Under the pieces are notes generated by a model. The model was not told where the DNA came from. It made no database searches and worked only from the letters and a program-made list of their open reading frames with translations. A stretch of DNA of 50,544 nucleotides from Candidatus Bathyarchaeia archaeon (GTDB taxonomy: Archaea; Halobacteriota; Syntropharchaeia; Alkanophagales; Methanospirareceae): positions 1 through 50,544 of the forward strand of contig DATKWH010000131.1 of the NCBI GenBank assembly GCA_035529655.1. The letters are read 5' to 3'. Positions 45,165-50,544 of this stretch are shown in pieces. The position numbers and the translations under genes are program-made. Position 1 is the stretch's first letter. Every line of letters begins with the position of its first letter.

Positions 45165-45184
45165 ATAGGAGGAGACGGAAAAAA

Positions 45185-46180
45185 ATGTTTTTGTTTGATA
45201 GAGAACAGGATGTATATGATATTGCGGGATTGAAGGTAGGAGGCCAGCCAGGAGAGCACGCAACTGTCCTTTGTGGCACGATATTCTACGCGAAGCATTA
45301 TCTGGTCGAAGATGCGGATAAAGGGATATTTGACAAGAAAGCAGCGGAAGAGGTGTTGAAGAAGCAAGAGGAGTTCTCTGATTTGACCGGGAATCCATGC
45401 ATAATGCAGATATTTTCGGAATCACCAGAGGCGATGGAGAAAGAGATCGCGTTCTGCACCGAGGTGAGTGACGTTCCTTTCTTGATCGACTCGACGGTGG
45501 CGGATGCAAAGGTTGCAGGGCTCAAGTACGCAGATGAAGTGGGACTGATAGAGAAGGCGGTGTATAACTCAATAAACGTTTCGTGTTCACCAGAGGAGTT
45601 AGAAGCGATCAAGAATTCCAGAATAGAAGCAGCGATTATACTGGCGTTCAATCCAAAAGATTCCACGGTAGCAGGGAAGATTGACCTGTTAGAGACAGGA
45701 GCAGGCACCTTTGAGAAAGGATTGGTCTACCTGGCGCGGGACCTGGGCGTAACGAAACAGATGTGTGATCCAGCTACACTGCCCATCGGCGCAGGGTGTG
45801 GTTCGGCCGTTGCTTCAGGCTTTGCGGTCAAATCGAAATTCGGTATTGCAGTAGGATTGGGTATCCACAATGCACCTTCCGCGTGGACCTGGCTGAAGAC
45901 GTTCCGGAAGGAGCACGCGGAAAAAATAGCTGACCCTGAGAGACCGGGTAAAACTAAATGGGCTGGACTTGGCGCAGACGTGTTCCATACATGCGACATA
46001 GCCTCTAATATTATCCCGGTAATAGCGGGTCATGATTTCGTGCTTTACGGGCCAATAGAGAATGCACCGACGGTGTTCCCGCTGGTCGGCATGGCAGACA
46101 TGATTGTCGCAGAAGCGAACAAAACAGAACACGAGATTGAACCAGTAGCACCGCATCCATCTATAAATATGGGCGCATAA
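45185..46180 (+). CDS. mtrH: tetrahydromethanopterin S-methyltransferase subunit H
   Basis: 331 aa. MFLFDREQDVYDIAGLKVGGQPGE..TVLCGTIFY is the typical MtrH N-terminus. Confidence 0.95.
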   Translation: MFLFDREQDVYDIAGLKVGGQPGEHATVLCGTIFYAKHYLVEDADKGIFDKKAAEEVLKKQEEFSDLTGNPCIMQIFSESPEAMEKEIAFCTEVSDVPFLIDSTVADAKVAGLKYADEVGLIEKAVYNSINVSCSPEELEAIKNSRIEAAIILAFNPKDSTVAGKIDLLETGAGTFEKGLVYLARDLGVTKQMCDPATLPIGAGCGSAVASGFAVKSKFGIAVGLGIHNAPSAWTWLKTFRKEHAEKIADPERPGKTKWAGLGADVFHTCDIASNIIPVIAGHDFVLYGPIENAPTVFPLVGMADMIVAEANKTEHEIEPVAPHPSINMGA

Positions 46181-46181
46181 G

Positions 46182-46236
46182 TTTTTGGGGGTGTTTTTTT
46201 ATCAATCCCCTCTTTTTTCTTTTTTTATTTTTTATT
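46182..46236 (+). terminator. oligo-T terminator region after mtrH
   Basis: Successive T tracts (GTTTTTGGGGGTGTTTTTTT...TCTTTTTTCTTTTTTTATTTTTTATT) immediately after the mtrH stop, the usual archaeal termination signal. Confidence 0.5.
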
Positions 46237-46348
46237 CATGGCACGAATCTTTATAGGCTTGTAACAAATCCAGATGTAGCGGTAAAACTATGAATGAAAC
46301 TATGAAGATGGAGCAACAAGAGACTGAAAGTGGGTATGTGACCGCAAG

Positions 46349-46618
46349 ATGGCTGGAATGGGGGGAGATTTGATGTTAGCAGAACTCTTTATACTTTTTG
46401 CGTTAATTGTAATGGTAATCGTGGTGTACCTCGTGTTCAAGGTGGTTAAGCATCTCATTGTAAATTCGATCCTCGGGTTGCTCGTTCTTTTAGCTGCAAA
46501 CCTCGTCCTTGGATTGAAGATCGCATACACCTGGGTGGTCCTCCTGATATGTGCGATCGGAGGCGTCATCGGTGCGGCCATTGTCATTCTTTTACATCTA
46601 TTGAGGGGAATGTTCTGA
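46349..46618 (+). CDS. BofA-like small membrane protein
   Basis: 89 aa. KHLIVNSILGLLVLLAANLVLGL...ICAIGGVIGAAIVILL resembles the pro-sigmaK processing inhibitor BofA family. Confidence 0.4.
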   Translation: MAGMGGDLMLAELFILFALIVMVIVVYLVFKVVKHLIVNSILGLLVLLAANLVLGLKIAYTWVVLLICAIGGVIGAAIVILLHLLRGMF

Positions 46619-46790
46619 TAGATAGGGTTGTTTTAAGCTAAGCGTTTCTACACTGTGTCTCCTCTCTCGCATTGACTTTTCACACCTTCTGGCTTTATTA
46701 CGCCGATGCCGTGGCACGGCATCCAAACACCAAAAGTAGAAAAGATTTAAATATTTGCGTGCTCTTGTAGTCACTATCAGGTGAGTATAT

Positions 46791-47621
46791 TTGTTAGAAA
46801 GATTGGACTCCAGATTATATGAGGATGGTAGCTTTGAAATAAAGGAGGAACCATTTTACTTACCGCAAGGAAACGAAGTTGCACTATTTGAAGCCGCCTA
46901 TGAGAACAAACTTCCAATTATGCTGAAGGGCCCTACAGGAAGTGGTAAAACACGATTAGTTGAGTACATGGCCTGGAAGTTAGGTCGGCCACTCTTTACC
47001 GTTGCCTGTCACGATGATTTAAGCGGGAATGACCTGACGGGAAGGTATATCATCAAAGGCGACGAAGTTGAGTGGATTGATGGTCCTCTTCTTATGGCGG
47101 TAAAAAATGGTGGGATCATTTATCTGGATGAAGTCGTGGAAGCACGAAAAGACACCACGGTCGTCATTCACCCCTTAACAGATTATAGAAGATCTTTGTT
47201 GATAGAGAAACTCGGTATGATATTCCACGCCCCGGATGAATTTATGCTGGTAATTAGTTACAATCCCGGTTACCAGAGCGTCTTGAAAGAATTGAAACAG
47301 AGCACAAGACAGAGGTTTGTAAGTATCAATCTTGGCTGGCCAAGTGAAGACTTAGAAACTCAAATTGTTCATCAGGAGACGGGCGTCGAAGAGGATACTG
47401 CAAGAAGGTTGGTAAAAGCCGCGAATAAAATACGAAATCTCATAAATCAAGGACTCGAAGAAGGCGTTTCTACCAGAGAGCTAGTTTATGCAGGCACTTT
47501 GCTCAAAAGTGGCGTGCCAATGAGAGACGCGCTCTATTCGACTATGACAGAGCCGTTAACGCACGATGCAGATCTCAAAAGAAGCATAGAAGAAATCCTT
47601 AAAAATTACTTTAACCTGTAG
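46791..47621 (+). CDS. AAA+ ATPase of the CbbQ/NirQ/NorQ/GvpN (MoxR-like) family
   Basis: 276 aa. Walker A GPTGSGKT, Walker [16 protein letters not shown], and a TTG start as in the ORF track. Confidence 0.85.
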   Translation: MLERLDSRLYEDGSFEIKEEPFYLPQGNEVALFEAAYENKLPIMLKGPTGSGKTRLVEYMAWKLGRPLFTVACHDDLSGNDLTGRYIIKGDEVEWIDGPLLMAVKNGGIIYLDEVVEARKDTTVVIHPLTDYRRSLLIEKLGMIFHAPDEFMLVISYNPGYQSVLKELKQSTRQRFVSINLGWPSEDLETQIVHQETGVEEDTARRLVKAANKIRNLINQGLEEGVSTRELVYAGTLLKSGVPMRDALYSTMTEPLTHDADLKRSIEEILKNYFNL

Positions 47622-47815
47622 CTTGATGTCAGATTAACCACAAGTTCACGGAGAACGCAGAGGATGTAGGTTTAAAGGGTTAGGTTTTAGGGCGGCTACT
47701 AATACCTGACAACTAACCCCTAACCCGGCATCTAATTTCCTCTGTGAACTCAGCGTTCTCGGCGGTAAATTTTAAATGTGACAAAGTAAAGGTAACTATT
47801 GTGGTCTGCCAGAAG

Positions 47816-49522
47816 ATGGTAAGGAATTCTATCAAACGTGCTCTTGGAGAGAGGAAAATAAAGAAACTGCTTGAGGCGTATTACGAAGGTGAAGTACTTG
47901 AGAAACTGGTTAGCGAATTATATCCGTTGCTCGATAGAGTTGGTTATGACGGTTTAGAGCAGGTTGCAGGTCTCAGTACCCAGGTCGCCAGGTATAGTGG
48001 AGGAACCGCGGTTAGGTTGCTGGATAAGAGTCCGGGTCTCATTGATACTTTGCTGGAATACGGCGATAAAGAATTGGTGATGAAGGTCTATGGCCTTTGC
48101 CGTCAGGTCGCCCGGGATACTATTCTTGCTGCTGCGCGGTTGCTTGATGAGAGTCCAGAGATTATTGATCGGTTGCTGAAGCACGGCGATAAAGAATTGG
48201 TCAAGGAGGTTTACGGTCTCAGTGGTCGAGTCGCAAAGTATAATTGGAGAACTGCGGTTAGGTTGCTTGGGATGAGTCCAGAGCTTATTGATCGAGTAGG
48301 TTATGAAGGTTTGGAGAAGGTTGCAGGCCTTAGCAGTCAGGTAGCCAAGGATCATAGTGATGTTGCGGTTAGGCTGCTGGAGATGAGTCCAGAGCTTATT
48401 GATCGAGTAGGTTATGAAGGTGTAGAGCGGATTGCAGGTCTTAGCAGTCAGGTAGCCAAGGCCCATAGAGAGATTGCGGTTAGGCTGCTGGAGATGAGCC
48501 CGGAACTAATTGACCGCGCGGGGTACGAAGGTGTAGAGCGGATTGCGAGTATCAGTACTCAGGTCGCCAAGTACAGTTGGCGAACCGCGGTTAGCGTGTT
48601 GGGGATGAGCCCAGAGTTCATTGATCGAGTAGGGTACGACGGATTAGAGGAAGTTGCGGCTTTCTGCAGTCAGATTGCCAAAAAGGATAGTTTTGTTGCT
48701 GCTCGGTTGCTGGAGATGAGTCCGGAACTCGTTAATCGAGTGAGTAATGATTGCTTGGAGAAGATTGCTGATCTTTGTCGTCAGGTCAACAAGGATGATG
48801 GTTTTGTTGCTGCTAAATTACTTGATGAGTGTCCTGATTTCATTGTGGAATTGCTCAAATATGGTGATAAAGAGTTCGTTACGGGTGTGTATGGTCTCAG
48901 TTGTCAGATAGCGGAGGATTATAATTGGAGAACTGCTGTTCGATTGCTTAACGAATGTCCTGATCTCTTTAAGCAATTGCACAAATACGGGGATAAAGGG
49001 TTGGTGAACGATGTTTACGCTCTTTGTACTCAGGTCGCTGAGTATAGTGGGAGTACCGCCGTTAGTTTGCTGGAGGTGAGCCCCGATCTCATTGATAGGG
49101 TTGGTTATGACGGGTTCGAGAAGGTTGCCGCCCACGCGGCTGAGTTGGCGAAGATAGGAGAAGGGAGAGCAGCCTCGTTTGTGCGTGGCGAGTCTTCTGA
49201 ATATGCTGCTTTTATTGATGCACTCACCCAAGGTCTTGCGCTGAAGAAAGTAAAACCCGTTCTTGCAAATTATCTTAATGCCCTGTTAGGCTACCGAATC
49301 GAGATTGTGGAAGCACGGGGAGCCTCAACCGACGGTGCGAGGATCTATCTTCCAGAGCGAGTTCAGGAGTTTCAAGAAGAAGATAGGAATTTCACGATGT
49401 ACAAAGTTATGGCGACCCATGAAGAAGCTCATTTAGAATACGGTAGTTTCGATTTTGAGCTGATGAGAGTGCAGGATGTCGCCAGTAGATTAAGGGCGAA
49501 ATATGGGGGTGAGGGAACATGA
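47816..49522 (+). CDS. NorD/CbbO-like activase partner, N-terminal portion: ~11 tandem alpha-helical repeats followed by a HEEAH-containing region
   Basis: Frame open from 47744; first ATG at 47816. Repeats of the SPELIDRVGYEGLEKVAGLSSQVAK.....AVRLLEM type, then MATHEEAHLEYGSF as in NorD/CbbO N-domains. Stop overlaps the next ATG (ATGA). Confidence 0.55.
   Translation: MVRNSIKRALGERKIKKLLEAYYEGEVLEKLVSELYPLLDRVGYDGLEQVAGLSTQVARYSGGTAVRLLDKSPGLIDTLLEYGDKELVMKVYGLCRQVARDTILAAARLLDESPEIIDRLLKHGDKELVKEVYGLSGRVAKYNWRTAVRLLGMSPELIDRVGYEGLEKVAGLSSQVAKDHSDVAVRLLEMSPELIDRVGYEGVERIAGLSSQVAKAHREIAVRLLEMSPELIDRAGYEGVERIASISTQVAKYSWRTAVSVLGMSPEFIDRVGYDGLEEVAAFCSQIAKKDSFVAARLLEMSPELVNRVSNDCLEKIADLCRQVNKDDGFVAAKLLDECPDFIVELLKYGDKEFVTGVYGLSCQIAEDYNWRTAVRLLNECPDLFKQLHKYGDKGLVNDVYALCTQVAEYSGSTAVSLLEVSPDLIDRVGYDGFEKVAAHAAELAKIGEGRAASFVRGESSEYAAFIDALTQGLALKKVKPVLANYLNALLGYRIEIVEARGASTDGARIYLPERVQEFQEEDRNFTMYKVMATHEEAHLEYGSFDFELMRVQDVASRLRAKYGGEGT
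47925..49155 (+). repeat. in-frame tandem repeat array (111-123 bp units, about 11 copies)
   Basis: GATGAGTCCAGAGCTTATTGATCGAGTAGGTTATGAAGGT occurs at 48270 and again exactly 111 nt later at 48381. Flanking units are progressively more diverged. Confidence 0.85.
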
Positions 49523-50544
49523 ATGGAACGAGCGAGATGGGGAACTTTTATGAACTCTTCCCTGAGCCGGTGTTAGCGAAGGATCTCACGACCATACTTG
49601 AAGATTATAGGATCAATACACGGCTGCAAGCAGAATATCCCGTTCTCGGTGAACAAATATCAGAAATGAGCGTTCACATGGTATCTAAAAGGCCTTCGCT
49701 TGAGGAATTAGCCACTGATAAACAAAGAGCAGTGGAGCTTATAGCGCAAAAGTTAATGGCTGGGAGAACAAAAGAGCAAGTTCCAGAAGAAATAGAACAA
49801 ATACTTGACAAAGCGTTATCACTAAGCCAGAAGTTATCATTTCCTGATGCTGACGTCCACGAAACTGCACGAGTGGCTGCCGAATTATATTTTTTGATAG
49901 ATGACCATTTTCACGAACCCTATCAACCAGTGCCTCCCTTTTCAGCACCGTTAGACCAATCTCAAGTTGATCAAACGATAGGCAATTTTGGGAGGACGGC
50001 GCGAAAAATAACCGGGAAGATAGAGCGCGAACAAGCCAAAAGCACTCCGAGCGGTGATAAAAAGGATTCAGTAAATTATGCTTCAGAGGATACAGTAAGA
50101 GAGCTGTTACGCGCTTTGTACAAAAAGAAAGGAGTCAAACCCAAGGATGTTGAGTCACGAGTTGATGCGCTTGAGCCGAACAATGTGGAGGATTATTTAA
50201 GCGACCTTGAAACTTCAGTGCGAGATGAAAATGAACTTCAGCGCGAGCAAGGTGCGTATTTATATCCCGAATGGGGTAGTGATATCGGCGATTATCGCGT
50301 AAATTGGACGCGGGTTAGAGAACGAGTCTTAGAGGGTGAGTCAAACAAATTCTATTTTGAGACTATTGAGAAGTATAAGGGATTGGTAAAGACCATTCGG
50401 AGGGAATTCCAGATGCTCAGACCGGAGGGGTTAGTAAAATTTAAGAGGCAATTTGATGGCGATGATATTGACTTTGATGCAGCAGTGCAATATTTTATTG
50501 ATAAGAGACTGAGACTCTCACCTTCTGAAAGGAACTATGTACGA
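49519..50544 (+). CDS. NorD/CbbO-like protein, continuation (partial, runs off the right window edge before the expected VWA domain)
   Basis: Open frame from ATG 49519 to the window end. YLYPEWGSDIGDYRVNWTRVRER...FQMLRPEG..KFKRQFDGDDIDFDAAVQYFIDKR matches the conserved central region of NorD/CbbO. Missing from the ORF track because there is no stop in the window. Confidence 0.6.
   Translation, partial: MNGTSEMGNFYELFPEPVLAKDLTTILEDYRINTRLQAEYPVLGEQISEMSVHMVSKRPSLEELATDKQRAVELIAQKLMAGRTKEQVPEEIEQILDKALSLSQKLSFPDADVHETARVAAELYFLIDDHFHEPYQPVPPFSAPLDQSQVDQTIGNFGRTARKITGKIEREQAKSTPSGDKKDSVNYASEDTVRELLRALYKKKGVKPKDVESRVDALEPNNVEDYLSDLETSVRDENELQREQGAYLYPEWGSDIGDYRVNWTRVRERVLEGESNKFYFETIEKYKGLVKTIRREFQMLRPEGLVKFKRQFDGDDIDFDAAVQYFIDKRLRLSPSERNYVR

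Noticed and set aside
47622-47815. Complementary blocks in the cbbQ-norD spacer (GTTCAC/GTGAAC, GAGAACGC/GCGTTCTC, GGGTTAGG/CCTAACCC) suggesting a pseudoknot or riboswitch-like leader
   Set aside because: The blocks are short (6-8 nt), their order is not that of a simple hairpin, and I cannot evaluate folding energy or covariation by eye. Noted only as a possible regulatory leader.
47925-49155. Tandem 111-bp DNA repeats as a non-coding satellite or CRISPR-like array
   Set aside because: The repeats are in frame within a long ORF, units diverge mainly at synonymous or conservative positions, and they translate into a regular helical repeat. This is a coding repeat.
1-50544. tRNA, rRNA or other structured RNA genes, especially at island borders as integration targets
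   Set aside because: I saw no cloverleaf-compatible sequence or T-loop consensus (GGTTCGAATCC-like) on scanning the intergenic regions. I cannot exclude small RNAs without tRNAscan/Infernal.

Overview
Archaeal chromosomal segment from a methane-metabolising euryarchaeote (methanogen/ANME, Methanosarcinales-like by gene content). Core genes: mfnB, rpiA and RFC large subunit (0.4-3.4 kb). From 23.6 to 50.5 kb: CDF transporter, fused pyrK-pyrD, DUF63, ksgA/rsmA, marker protein 8, queC, larA-like, eL19-uL18-uS5-uL30, GGGP synthase, probable marker proteins 15/17/7, a complete mtrEDCBAFGH operon, and a CbbQ/NorQ AAA+ ATPase with a repeat-expanded NorD/CbbO-like partner. Between the rfcL stop (3428) and the CDF gene (23636) lies a ~20 kb, visibly AT-richer accessory island. 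It has no integrase but many mobile-element scars: one intact IS, three IS 3'-end remnants, three copies of an ~85-bp MITE-like end module, and decayed duplicates of cbbQ and pyrD ends. Island cargo: a Panacea-HicB fusion with a HicA-like partner; a GHKL ATPase-DUF3883 protein interrupted at a canonical A_AAA_AAG slippery site; a solo Cas4-like nuclease; a DUF5678/retropepsin pair; a 678-aa HD-domain protein; a DEDDh exonuclease; two CxxxCxxC (radical-SAM-like) proteins around a TcmP partner protein; and an MmeI-family type IIL R-M enzyme with two small DNA-binding proteins. Best candidates for undescribed biology: (1) the wHTH-SPL-like rSAM / TcmP / DUF5131-Zn-ribbon cluster; (2) the HD-domain gene inside a MITE-bounded composite transposon with a 9-10 bp target duplication; (3) the exonuclease / Cas4-like / GHKL-DUF3883 gene string that becomes contiguous once that transposon is removed. 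All family assignments are motif recognition by eye. No searches were run.
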